From contig NC_092670.1 of NCBI RefSeq assembly GCF_964355755.1, positions 17,904,795-17,968,794 on the forward strand: 64,000 nucleotides of DNA. The letters are read 5' to 3'. The stretch is from Antedon mediterranea (taxonomy: Eukaryota > Animalia > Echinodermata). This document shows positions 1 through 13,700 of this stretch, one piece after another (position 1 is the first letter of the stretch; every line of letters begins with the position of its first letter). Under the pieces are notes generated by a model. It was given only the letters and a program-made list of their open reading frames with translations. It was not told the DNA's origin and did no database searches. Made by a program: the position numbers and the translations under genes.

Positions 1-68
1 TAAATGGTGAAAAGGGTATTTGTTTACCTTATAGAGGTAAGTTTCGTTAATGCTTTGATTTTTTACAG

Positions 69-350
69 GTGCTTCCGTCAAGAGGAGATTGTCGGCTTTG
101 TCTGAAACTCATCGACGAAGAAATACCAATTGCATTTGTCGGACCAGAAAGAAGAACATAGATTCACCACAGCGGCTAATTAAAGCGTCACCATCTTTCA
201 TTGAATCAACAGAAGACGAATATCTGAGCATAAGTACGTCAAAGGCTCAAGGGGTCTAATGGCAGATAACAACAGATCAAATACAGTGTGTCCAGTGTAA
301 ACATGCAATGATGTGTCATGCGCCCTGCTTTGATCGCTACAAGGATTAAA
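69..350 (+). pseudogene. Degenerate piggyBac-like cysteine-rich C-terminal domain remnant
   Basis: Frames give RGDCRLC and QIQCVQCKHAMMCHAPCFDRYKD*, resembling the CxxC..CxxC..C..PCF..Y piggyBac CRD. Interrupted by stops and truncated at the window edge. Confidence 0.4.
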
Positions 351-1093
351 AAATTAATTAAAAAGCAGATTGTATAAAAGAATAACGCGACTAAAGGTCC
401 GGTAAGGTAAAAGTACGTGAATTAGATTGTAAATAGTGTTTATTTTTATTGTATTTTTATGTTTAAAAAACTTTTTCATATTTACAACTCATATGATTCT
501 GTTTCATAATGTTATGCAATTTTCTTCTATAATATGTTTTCTTTGGTCAAAGGGGCACATACAAACGTGCAACCTACCCTCGCTATGATCATCAACCTTG
601 ACGTGGTAGCGAGGCTTGCGTGCTTCCAATGTATTGGTAGCCAGACCAATGATGATCAATAACAAAGTAAAATAAATACAAACACACTTACTGAAACAAG
701 TTTTAATAGCAATAAATAAATAAATAAATAAATATTTTTCTGTAACTATTGTTCATTATCATTACACTATTATTATTTTATCCTGTTAATATAAGTAATG
801 ATCAATGATATATAATTTATGTTTACAAAACTCGTTCATATTTACAACTCATTCTGACAAGACAACAACATTTAATATTTTTGTAATTCACAATTCATAC
901 ATTTATTTGTAATGTATTCATGAATTTGCTTTTCCTTCATCCAATCTACATAGTAGATGGATGAAGCTATTGTTCTAACCACGTGACTATGTAGCATAGA
1001 ACATTAATTCTAAACCGCCCGGTAATATACTGAAATTTAATTAATTAATTTGAAACGATAAAGATGAGGAAATCTGTGAGAATGAGTTAAAGT

Positions 1094-1165
1094 CGCCCCA
1101 ACCGAGACTCGAACTCGGACCGCCTGCTTGATATGCAGATGTCCTAACCGTTAGACCACTGGGGC
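1094..1165 (-). tRNA. tRNA-like element (anticodon ATC, Asp-like) within a repeat; probably a tRNA-derived repeat or pseudogene
   Basis: Reverse complement GCCCCAG TG GTCT AACGGTTA GGAC A TCTGC ATATCAA GCAGG CGGT CCGAG TTCGAGT CTCGG TTGGGGC G folds into a full cloverleaf with A and B boxes. Confidence 0.55.
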
Positions 1166-1364
1166 TTTCACGGTATTGTTCGAACTCGATTGGATAGCGA
1201 CTCTTTAACATTCTCGGCGTGGTACGGCGGAACAGCACTAGTCCTCAGTTGTAAACACAACAGGCATAGAAATAAATTCCAAACCGCCCGGTGATACACT
1301 GAAAATGATTTAATTAATTTTTGAAACGATAAAGATGAGGAAATCTGAGAGAATGAGAAAAAGT

Positions 1365-1436
1365 CGCCCCAACCGAGGCTCGAACTCGGACCGTCGGCTT
1401 GATATGCAGTTGCCCTAACCATTAGACCACTAGGGC
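1365..1436 (-). pseudogene. Second tRNA-like copy (anticodon stem disrupted) in a ~271-bp tandem duplication
   Basis: Same sequence with substitutions, followed by a TTTTT Pol III terminator; flanks are also duplicated (~1000-1235 vs ~1270-1507). Confidence 0.6.
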
Positions 1437-1507
1437 TTTCATGGTATTGTTCTTTAACTCGACCGGATAACGACCCTTTAACATTCTCGGCGTGGTACGG
1501 TTGGAAC

Positions 1508-1510
<3 letters not shown>

Positions 1511-1600
<90 letters not shown>

Positions 1601-1613
1601 ATTTGTTATATTT

Positions 1614-1682
<69 letters not shown>
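1511..1682. repeat. Compound (TA)n microsatellite
   Basis: Two long TA runs separated by a duplicated GTATTTGTTATATTTACAATA spacer. Confidence 0.97.
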
Positions 1683-1686
<4 letters not shown>

Positions 1687-2464
1687 GTATTTGTTATATT
1701 TACAATAATGTACACTTGTTACTGAACTATGGAGAATTTTTTTTTTCCGAAATAAAAGAAGAATGAATGAATGAATTTATTTTCAATCTTTCTACATAAC
1801 AACAAATATATAGTATAACAGGGGAGTAGCGGAAAAGCAAAAGTAAAGTAAATTTGAACCAGCCAAACATGTATGAAACATTATCCAGTAAGCACATTTT
1901 ATAAGAAGCTTTTGTTTATTAAAATGGGTTTCTCTGAAATTCCAGAAGTTTATTAAACATTGAAAATAACACAATCGCCTTTAAACAAAATGCTGTTCAA
2001 AAAAAGAATCGGTTGAAGCAAGCGTTCTTATAACATCCGATAAAATGAAGGTTCAATAAAGTAGCCCTATTAACAAATGTATGAGGTCTCAGGCCTATCC
2101 CATATTAATTATTTTTATAGATACATTAATTTTAAGATTCCAGATACCGAATTGTTGTTTTTTTACATAACAAGTCATTTTTTCTTTGAATATAAATTCT
2201 GATTTAAGGACAAAATACTAAAATAAATACTTACACCAAAGGTGCATAAAAACGTGTTGATGTGGCGCTATATCGATGTCATTATCTTTGCATTCACCCT
2301 AGACGCACATAGTGTGACACCCCTACCATATTCTCGATGCGACGATCAATGTACCAATTAACATAATACTTCAGTAAAACTGATTATGTTTTTTCAAGAG
2401 ATCAGCTATATCGTGTTGATTATAAAAAGGTGCAACTTTTAATTGATTGGGGATTAAACAAGTA

Positions 2465-5400
2465 AACTATTTATTCTTCTTGTCTTTACTCGTACAAAAT
2501 AATAAAACGGTCGCTAATTGGAAGTGTTTAAACTAAAGTGATCTATAATTGGAAGAGGACCCGTACAATTACTTGTTTTTTATCACATGATTATAAACTA
2601 TTTATTCTTCTTGTCTTAACTAGTATTTATTCTTCTTGTCTTTATTCATACAAAATAATATAACGGTCGCTAAATGGAAGTGTCTTAAAGTAAAGTGACC
2701 TTTAATTGGAAGAGGACCAGTACAATTACTTATTTTTTATCACATGATTAAAATCTATTTATTCTTCTTGTCTGTACTCATACAAAATAATATAACGGTC
2801 GCTAATTGGAAGTGTCTTAAAGTAAAGTGATCTTTAATAGGAAGAGGACCAGTACAATTACTTGTTTTTTATCACATGATTAAAATCTATTTATTCTTCT
2901 TGTCTGTACTCATACAAAATAATATAACGGTCGCTAAATGGAAGTGTCTTAAAGTAAAGTGATCTTTCATTGGAAGAGGACCAGTACGTACAATTACTTG
3001 TTTTTTATCACATGATTAAAATCTATTTATTCTTCTAATTGTCTGTACTCATACAAAATAATATAACGGTCGCTAATTGGAAGTGTCTTAAAGTAAAGTG
3101 ATCTTTAATTGGAAGAAGACCAGTACAATTACTTATTTTATATCACATGATTATAAACTATTTATGCTTCATGTTTTTATTCATAAAAAATAATATAACG
3201 GTCGCTAATTGGAAGTGTCTTAAAGTAAAGTGATCTTTCATTGGAAGAGGACCAGTACAATTACTTGTTTTTTATCACATGATTAAAATCTATTTATTCT
3301 TCTTGTCTGTACTCATACAAAATAATATAACGGTCGCTAATTGGAAGTGTCTTACAGTAAAGTGACCTTTAATTGGAAGAGGACCAGTACAATTACTTGT
3401 TTTTTATCACATGATTAAAATCTATTTATTCTTCTTGTCTGTACTCATACAAAACAATATAACGGTCGCTAATTGGAAGTGTCTTAAAGTAAAGTGATCT
3501 TTAATTGAAAGAGGACCAGTACAATTACTTGTTTTTTGTCATATGATTAAAATCTATTTATTATTCTTGCCTTTATTCATACAAAATAATATAACGGTCG
3601 CTAATTGGAAGTGTTTAAATTAAAGTGATCTTTAATTGGAAGAGGACCAGTACAATTACTTGTTTTTTATCACATGATTAAAATCTATTTATTCTTCTTG
3701 TCTGTACTCATACAAAATAATATAACGGTCGCTAATTGGAAGTGTCTTAAAGTAAAGTAATCTTTAATTGGAAGAGGACCAGTACAATTACTTGTTTTTT
3801 ATCACATGATTAAAATCTATTTATTCTTCTTGTCTGTACTCATACAAAATAATATAACGGTCGCTAAATGGAAGTGTCTTAAAGTAAAGTGATCTTTCAT
3901 TGGAAGAGGACCAGTACAATTACTTGTTTTTTATCACATGATTAAAATCTATTTATTCTTCTAATTGTCTGTACTCATACAAAATAATATAACGGTCGCT
4001 AATTGGAAGTGTCTTAAAGTAAAGTGATCTTTAATTGGAAGAAGACCAGTACAATTACTTATTTTATATCACATGATTATAAACTATTTATGCTTCATGT
4101 TTTTATTCATAAAAAATAATATAACGGTCGCTAATTGGAAGTGTCTTAAAGTAAAGTGATCTTTCATTGGAAGAGGACCAGTACAATTACTTGTTTTTTA
4201 TCACATGATTAAAATCTATTTATTCTTCTTGTCTGTACTCATACAAAATAATATAACGGTCGCTAATTGGAAGTGTCTTACAGTAAAGTGACCTTTAATT
4301 GGAAGAGGACCAGTACAATTACTTGTTTTTTATCACATGATTAAAATCTATTTATTCTTCTTGTCTGTACTCATACAAAACAATATAACGGTCGCTAATT
4401 GGAAGTGTCTTAAAGTAAAGTGATCTTTAATTGAAAAAGGACCAGTACAATTACTTGTTTTTTATCACATGATTAAAATCTATTTATTCTTCTTGTCTGT
4501 ACTCATACAAAATAATATAACGGTCGCTAAATGGAAGTGTCTTAAAGTAAAGTGATCTTTCATTGGAAGAGGACCAGTACAATTACTTGTTTTTTATCAC
4601 ATGATTAAAATCTATTTATTCTTCTAATTGTCTGTACTCATACAAAATAATATAACGGTCGCTAATTGGAAGTGTCTTAAAGTAAAGTGATCTTTAATTG
4701 GAAGAAGACCAGTACAATTACTTATTTTATATCACATGATTATAAACTATTTATGCTTCATGTTTTTATTCATAAAAAATAATATAACGGTCGCTAATTG
4801 GAAGTGTCTTAAAGTAAAGTGATCTTTCATTGGAAGAGGACCAGTACAATTACTTGTTTTTTATCACATGATTAAAATCTATTTATTCTTCTTGTCTGTA
4901 CTCATACAAAATAATATAACGGTCGCTAATTGGAAGTGTCTTACAGTAAAGTGACCTTTAATTGGAAGAGGACCAGTACAATTACTTGTTTTTTATCACA
5001 TGATTAAAATCTATTTATTCTTCTTGTCTGTACTCATACAAAACAATATAACGGTCGCTAATTGGAAGTGTCTTAAAGTAAAGTGATCTTTAATTGAAAG
5101 AGGACCAGTACAATTACTTGTTTTTTTGTCATATGATTAAAATCTATTTATTATTCTTGCCTTTATTCATACAAAATAATATAACGGTCGCTAATTGGAA
5201 GTGTTTAAATTAAAGTGATCTTTAATTGGAAGAGGACCAGTACAATTACTTGTTTTTTATCACATGATTAAAATCTATTTATTCTTCTTGTTTCTATTCA
5301 TACAAAACAATAATAACGGTCGCTAATTGGAAGTGTTTAAATTTAAGTGATCTTTAATTGGAAGAGGACCAGTACAATTACTTGTTTTTTATCACATGAT

Positions 5401-5752
5401 TATAAACTATTTATTATTCTTGTCTTTACTCATACAAAATAATAAAACGGTCGCTAATTGGAAGTGTTTAATTTTAAGTGATCTTTAATTGGAAGAGGAC
5501 CAGTACAATTACTTGTTTTTTGTCACATGATTAAAAACTATTATTACTCTTGTCTTTACTCATACAAAACAATAAAAATGGTCGCTAATTGGAAGTGTCT
5601 AAACTAAAGTGTTCTTTAATTGGAAGAGGACCAGTATAATTACTTGTTTTTATTACATGATTATTATTATATTGTTATTTATTCTTCTTGTCTTTATTCA
5701 TACCAAATAATATAATGGTCGCTAATTGGAGGTGTTTTAAGCCAAGTAATCT
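2465..5752. repeat. Satellite, ~132-bp unit, ~25 copies, with higher-order structure
   Basis: GACCAGTAC recurs at 2715, 2847 and 2979 (period 132); edge units are more degenerate. Confidence 0.95.
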
Positions 5753-6189
5753 TTGAAAAATAAAAACTAGTTTGGCATTATTAACAAATAGTGGTCGTTA
5801 AAAAAAGACAAGTGCATGCGCAATCACGATCAAAACCTGAATCTCAAATCTCAACCACGGACGGTATTCAATCCAAGGGTCAGACATTATTAAACGCGCC
5901 GGACAGCATTAAATTGTTGGAAAACGCCCGCGAACCCGTTGAAACATGCAATTGGACACTATCCAATGCTGAAAAGTGTCCACCCGGACACTTTTGAATG
6001 ATGGACACATTTCAATCTTACACCGGCAGCAAATTTTACTATTTTTTGCTTTAAATTAGCAATGTTTTCAGGTAAATACATTTTTTTTCAATTCAATTTT
6101 TGTTCAAAGTGGATAACTATTATTATGTACATCTATACAATACATAATTTAATATTATATAAATTAAAATAAAACATGATAAAAAGCGT

Positions 6190-6400
6190 CCCACCAATCA
6201 GCTGATGGGTCAGTGACGTGTTTTGCGTTTGTTTTTCGACGACACGCGATCTCCCTCTCTCTCCTCTTGCAGCAAAATCAATGATGCATGACCGATCATC
6301 CGATCACACATTGCATTGTTGGTGCGTGTGGAAGTTGCAGTTCTTCTTCTTCTGTTCTTTATTTCGGTCTAAAGTGTACTTTTTACATCGATTAATTAAG
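6190..6400 (+). promoter_or_regulatory. Candidate ACLY promoter and non-coding first exon
   Basis: CpG-richer patch with CCAAT (~6194), CAGCTG and GTGACGTG motifs, a pyrimidine-rich stretch and an AAG|GTAATA donor at 6401. Inference only. Confidence 0.4.
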
Positions 6401-6806
6401 GTAATACTTTATATATAATTATATTGAACATGTACATGTAGCTTGCTTTAGTTTATTACGAACGCTAAACATTTTACAATCAAGGGAACCTCCGCAAAGT
6501 TAGGCCTACCTGCTGAGCTGCTGAGAGCATGTATTGACGGAGATTCCATACGCCTCCTATCGGGGATTTCCCCTATAACTCGTCAGCGGCGTTTTCGTTC
6601 AGCACCGGCCGGTGTCGGAGGCCTGGTTCTACAGGCTAGGTACAGACAGCATTAGTACATATATGCCACCATGACATAACGTTATTAAATTATTATGAAA
6701 ATGCCTTATTTTTCAGCGTTAATTAATTTGTCTAGGCCCTAACTAGGCTACTTACTTTATTAATTAATGATAGCTCAGAGTCTAGAGCCTGGCTGAGGCC
6801 AAGATT

Positions 6807-7490
6807 TTTTATTATTTTTTATTTTTATTTATTCAATTTCTGCCATATTCATAAATAAAGAAGACAAAACAATTATAAAAGGAGGCACGGAAAGACCAAA
6901 CAGGTGCTAAACACCTATATTCTGTGACTGTGTGAAATCCTGCCACTGAGACTATATGATATAGTAACGGAATCAACAACCGTTACACTAGTTGGTCAAC
7001 CCAGAACAGAGAAAAATAAATTACGTTCTACAATAAAAACCGTAATCGACAAGAAAGCGACCAACTACACACATTTTCAATATCAAAATTATTTAAAAAA
7101 ATAAATATTGAGATAATTAAGTAATTTGGTTTTAAAAGAACTAACAGAAATATTTAAGTTGCGGATTTCACTGGGTAAGTTATTCCAAATTCTGGTAACA
7201 CGTAGGATATATGATTGAAAAGAAGATTCAGTTCTGCAGCGACGAATATCAAAAAGAGTACCAACAGAAGAAGAGCTACGAGTAACACGTTGTGGATTAC
7301 GAATATTAAATAAATTGTCAGTATTAATTATATTAGAATTGAAACTCTTAAAGAGAAAAACGATATCAGTAAAGTGATGCCTATAACATAATGGTAGTAA
7401 ATTGCATGTTTGAAGTCTGCATTTGTAATCAGCTTCAAAATTATTTAAAATAAATTTAGTTGCTCTACGCTGAACTCCCTCAAGTTGTCT
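6807..7490 (-). mobile_element. CR1/L2-group LINE 3' fragment in the ACLY 5' region
   Basis: Minus-strand translation GVQRRATKFIL...DYKCRL...NLLPL...RVTRIWNNLPSEIR...SSFKTKL is typical of CR1-group ORF2 C-termini. A-rich tail at ~6807-6835. Confidence 0.8.
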
Positions 7491-9307
7491 TATATTTTAT
7501 ATATTATTATATTATTATTAAACAAAATAAAATGTAAAGTTCTTAATCTTATTGTTGATTGTATAGAATGTTATTCTAAAGAAAGGTGCATCATCAGAAG
7601 CTTTTTGATGACAATTGTGACTCTTGAGTTCTTTTTGCATGATTAAACAGCATTTACGAATATTGAATGAATTACAAATTTTTTATTTAAAATGATTATG
7701 GGACCATGAAATTGTACTTTATTTATTGCTGTGTGATTACTAGCATTCACTATACAACACACTAAGTTGCATTCACTATACATCGCTGAGAAGATCGAGC
7801 CTCCTGCCTTCAAAATGTAGAAGAAAAAAAATCCCTGTAATTGGTAGGTAAAGATAAAAAAAAATGTTTCCAGGAACAAATTCACTCACTCCCTGTAGCC
7901 ACTACACCAACCAAATTACATTAAAACATAAAATTTGTGGCAGCATCATCTGGGCATACTGCTTCAAACTGTTCGGAGTGAGTAAAGTGATTACTCTACA
8001 TGTGATTTACAATCCATTTCAATTTGTTTCCCTAATGACATTTTGTGCAAATCGTAAAAGATGTTTACACTAATGACCAAGCATACAGCAGTGCTGCATA
8101 CAGCAGTGTTGCCTAAAACCTGATTTGTGACAATAAAATGTTCCACCTTTAGGGAAACCCGAACGCTATTCTCCCACCGTAATTAAACTTTAAAAAAGTG
8201 TTTCAGTATGTTATTCAACATCTATTCATCGGATGAGCCTGAACATCTACCCCCCCCCCCCCACCCCCACCCCTCTTCCCAACCACACACTCATCCACCC
8301 TTGCCTGCTAATGACACTTATTATACAGTATGTCAAAAATGTATGAAATTCACCTACTAAAAGAATTCACTAGCTGGAATTGAACTGAATTTGAATTATA
8401 AATTTGATGATAATAATTATACTATAGTCAATTGAATCTGAAGTATATTTTGCGTTCCGTCATACTTCAACGTTTAACTAACGCTACTTCACTACTGTAT
8501 ATACACCAACCTTCATTTATTTAATTCTATATAATTTCATCAAAATAAGTGAATGAATGAATACACTAATGATACTACATTGAATAGTTGGATATTTTTC
8601 AATTAACTTTTACTTGATAGAATGGTATACTATTTATATACAGTTTATCTCAAGATCATTGACTAAAATAATAGGAAAATATGTGTGTACACACAACTAT
8701 ATATAACTACTGATATGTTTGTTAACTTTATATCTATCAATTACCCAATTATATATACAGAACTTTGACTTTATAGTGAAATCTTAGTAGATTAAACGTA
8801 TCATACGATACTATTTACTAGATGTTGCAACATATTATCTGTGTGCTGCTCAACATATTTTAAAATTATAACCATTTTATTCAATAGTAATTCTATTGTA
8901 AAATCAACAGATATTTGTAATGCATAAATATCTAAAAATATGCATTGATAGGTGAATATGTGGGTAGTGTAAGATTTACAAACAAAAGCCATTGATAACT
9001 GTTCATTGACCATATTTACTTGAAGTTTATATTTAGTTTCTTTCGGGTCATGGACAGGTCAATCATCAAACTATTAATATCATCTTTTGTAAACTTATTA
9101 AATTAAAAAGTTCTAAATTTTAAGATAGATTTTGTTAGTATAGTAATTTTTCTTCTGTGTGAATGTACAAATTTGTGTAGTAATCATATCATAGTAGATA
9201 AATATATTCATACAGTACTGAGTGTGCTGCAGGTACCTGCATGTTGAAGGAAAAGTCCATGCCTGTAAAATTTATATAATATATTCATTTTGTATTTGTC
9301 TTCATAG

Positions 9308-9354
9308 GCGCAGGTTTAGTCAGTAGATTTAGTTTTTAGTTTATTTATATCAAG
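9308..9354 (+). other. Candidate ACLY 5'UTR exon
   Basis: TTGTCTTCATAG acceptor and strong AAG|GTAAGT donor flank 47 nt. Confidence 0.4.
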
Positions 9355-10289
9355 GTAAGTTAATTATAATATGCCTCGTCATTTTCATTTAATTATTAAT
9401 TATGTTTTATTATTTAGTTTGTTAATGTCTTCTGACACAGAGTTATAATTGAATATGTTTTATTGGTGAAATAGTTTTAACCAAAAATCTTGTGTGAAAT
9501 GTGTGTTACACCTACTTACTACTGTACTAGTGTAATTTTTGTAAAACTTTGTCTATTTAAACATCCTTCAAATTGGATGTTAAGCTGTTCATCTTGTGTT
9601 TTAAATAGGAGATTGGTACAATGGTTGTTTAGTACATTTTAGGGCTATTTAAACATAATCATGTAAAGTTTCAACTATTACATGTTAATTACATACCTGC
9701 ATCTATACGACTTCTCTACCGGCAGTCCTGCTTTAATATCCTTACAATTTATGAATGAATCGAGAAAGATAAAAGCGAGGGTATCACAATTGCATAATTT
9801 TATAATTTTAATATTCAATTGTTTTATCAGTCTTTAATAACTCACAATAGTTGTACGGGTGAGATTATAAAGATTCTACAGCTGTTTGCATAATTAATTT
9901 GCATAAATAATTTAAATAAATGAATACAAAAAATAATAGAAGAAAATAAAGTCCTAAAAGCATAGTAAACTGGCATCCATTTTATATTGATGGTTTGCAA
10001 GACCTGACATTTTTATGGCTTTTTGTAGCAGATAGCTTAATTATATGCTGGCTGAAGAAATCTCTGACATACAGTCATCTCTGTGCGTTCAATACTTATA
10101 TCCAGTCATTACAAGTGTTTTATGCTAATAACTGTTTTATTTCTCAGGTGAATGATTCATGTTTGTTTTTTTAAAGTCTAGAACAGCTGATGGTCTTTGT
10201 GCATAATATATCAAAATTGTTTTGCGTTTTTAATCATCATCAAGATCATTTTGTGATCTTCATTATTTAATCTAGCATCATTCTTATCA

Positions 10290-10314
10290 TCATTATTGTC
10301 ATTATCATCAGCAG

Positions 10315-10350
<36 letters not shown>

Positions 10351-10480
10351 TATTATTATCATCATTATAATCTTGCATTCTGTTATTTTTATCATCAGCA
10401 TTTTAATCATCATCATTAATCATATGATTAATTATCATCATTAATTATCATCATCATCATCAACAACAACAAGAACAACA
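10290..10480. repeat. (CAT)n/(ATT)n/(CAA)n low-complexity microsatellite
   Basis: Directly visible trinucleotide runs. Confidence 0.9.
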
Positions 10481-10742
10481 TTATTTAACAATTATTCCAT
10501 TTGTCTCATTAATGTACATCATCTATTTTTTCTGTAGCATTCCATGTTGTTAATAACTGAAATAAATTTCTTTGATATTATTACAGTATATCCATGTCTC
10601 TAGTGTGATACTAATTTTCCTGATGTGTGATTATTTTTTTTCATTGATGTTGGAATGTTTTACTGATTGCTTCTCGTGTGTTAATTACATTTAAGGAGGT
10701 CATTTTGTGAGACGTAAACGCTCTTCATCCAATTATTGAAAA

Positions 10743-13700
10743 ATGTCGGCCAAAGCCATTTATGAAGTGACTGGTAAAGAACTGATTACAAGTAATATAG
10801 AGAACGCTGATGTAGCCAAGAACAGATATGCGACGATTACGCCAGATTGCGATTGGGACAAGATAACTGCTGAACATCCATGGCTTTTAACTGAGGTAAC
10901 ATTTATTACTACTGTCGTTTATCATAATAAATCTGTTTTGCCAACTAATTCTTTTTACAAACATGAAATATTGTAAACGATCCAATGACGAAGTTTTGCA
11001 GTATTTAGAAATGTTACGCTAAATTCATCCTCAACCAATTTCGAATAGAGAATTTTTGCAAGTTGTTTAAAGTAATTTAAGAATAGATGAATTTGTTCAT
11101 GCTAAGTAACAGTATAAATAAGAAATTTGTTTCACCTATACCATGAGAGTTAAGCTTGGTTCTCATTGGACGCAACACAAGGACGTGATTTGACCAATCA
11201 TAATGTAATGCGCGTGACAAACCGACGCTTCTGATTGGTCAACACACTATGTTGCGTTGCCTCCAAGCTTTGTGGAAAGCTAAACAGTAGAGACTAAGCT
11301 ACTTATTGTTATTTTGAAAAAAATAAACAATATCATACTGACTGTAGGTGATGTTTTCACATATAAAATAAGGAATTAATATTAATGTGGAAATTATTGA
11401 AATTTCTCAGAAACTTGTGGTAAAACCAGATCAACTGATAAAGCGTCGTGGTAAGCTAGGACTGATCAAGGTAAACGTTGACCTAGCTGGTGTGAAGGAG
11501 TGGCTCTCAACACGGCTAAACCAAGAAATCAAGGTATTCCTTCAACTTAAAGATACATTGCAAACACATAAAAATGAAGATTAATAAAAAAAAGGACTTT
11601 GAATAGGCCATTTCGCAGTTTTAATCAGGTTAATCACTTCCATAGAAAAAAAAAACTGAAAAAGAATAATGTTTTCACTTGTAAAAAGACAAAATAAAGT
11701 TAAATTCAACTAAAATTAACCCATTGACTTCCATTTGATTTGACTATTTTTTGCTTAAAATTAGAGTTCTTTTTGTATATTTTTTTGTTTTTATCTTAAA
11801 TTTTATGAATAAAATAAATGAAAATGACTTTATTAATCCACAACTTGGATCAAGTATTATTGACAGACTTTATGGATTTAATCTTATTGTGGAAAAGAAA
11901 TCATAACAGGTTTTTGTCATTATGCAAATGAGCGTTTTAGGGATCAATGTTATTGTAAGAATGATAAAGAAATCATACAGGTTTTTGTCATTATGCAAAT
12001 GAGCGTTTTAGAGATCAATGCTATTGTAAGAATGATAAAGAAATCCTAACCGCATCACTTAACCTTTTATTAGATTTTTACAATTATAGAAATATTTTGT
12101 TTTTAGTACGATTATACATCACTAACTGTTATGCACTTGTCAATTGTATGACCCACTATACGACCCCCGGGAGAGGTGCGTCATTTACAAATAATTACTG
12201 ACGCAGGGGTGTGTCAAAAACGTGAACAATAGTGTGTTAATGTCCGTCACTTTACCACTCAAAATATCATAAACAACATGGTCACAGTGTGTCGAAGTGG
12301 GTGATTGGTCACCTAAAGGTAAAGTCACGTTTTTAACGCACGGGTGCGTCATGGTATTCATAAGGTATGACGCACATCGGACAAATGACGCAGCTCTCCC
12401 GGGGTCGTATGGCGGGTCATACAATTGACAAGTGCATTATTGCAACAATTTATTTTGTTTCATAGGTATACATACACAAAATATTAACATAAACAACATT
12501 AAAAAAGACAATAACTATAGACATAAGGCAAGGCTAATTTATGCCACATTAGATTACAATTATATAATAATTATTAGGAATAGAAGAAATGTATTTATTT
12601 ACCATCTTTAAAGAGAATCACCTGTGCAGATTCTTTATTCAAATTTATACAAATTCTGCAAATAACAGTCAGCTGTACTCTGTAGTGTTAGAGCTACAAC
12701 TGTATCCTCATGAAACAAAGTTAAATACATTTTTTTTAAACTGATTATATTAAGGTGGTCCTCTATTAGTATTATGTACAACAACAAGTCAATATACAAT
12801 TAGTACATACTGTACGGTTCATTTTATGCTTTTTAAGCTGTTTTCACACAGCTGGTCTTTGCCATGGATAGAAATATAGGATAATGTTAATTAAGTTATC
12901 TAATGCTCGCAGTAAATGAACACTTTGTATCCTATTGTATTGATTAATGCCTCCAGACATTGGACAAATTTGCATATATCAATACATTTATTCCTACAGT
13001 GAGTCGTTCAGCTATTTTTGTATGCCACAGTTTTTTTTATTAAATGTATGGCATCATTGTAAAATCGTAGCATTAGTACACCTGGAAAATATGAATACAC
13101 AATATGTCTAGTTTCCTTTTAAGGGTATGTTCAGCTCCATAGAGTACAATATGAAAGCATAACGTAGGTGTGAACAGGCCTTAAATAGACTGGAAGACAA
13201 TGCTTTTGAATAAATAGCAGTTGTTCCAAATTTGATTGAAGGTTAACTTTAATATTACTATGTCTGCTGGTCCTCAATCCACATATTGATTATTAATAAT
13301 TGTAATAAAATGTTAATAAAAAATACTGTAAGCTATAATTTTTTCGAAAATATGGTTTTCTTTATTATAAATATAATGATATTTTAATATACAGTACTAG
13401 GAAAACAGTAATTATGGGTTGATAAACAGATTCTCATTTTCATAATTCCTTGCAGAGTTACTATGTATTACTACTAGTGTATGTGTTCTCAGTACATTTT
13501 TTCCCACTGTAATAAATTTAACCAATATACATTATATAATGGCTTATTATACTATACCTATGAATGTAGGTAATTGGCTTAAAGATGTATTGTCCCTTTG
13601 ACTAATTCCCAAAAAAATTTTTTTTTTTAAATTTAAAAAAAAAGTGGGTCATTTTGAAGTATCATAATAGTTATTAACTTTCACCAAAAATTAGTCAAAA

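Noticed and set aside
1041-1509. Two similar minus-strand ORFs (65 and 113 aa)
   Set aside because: Translations of the duplicated tRNA-like repeat with no protein-family signal.
1422-1725. YI-repeat ORFs on both strands
   Set aside because: Translation of the (TA)n microsatellite.
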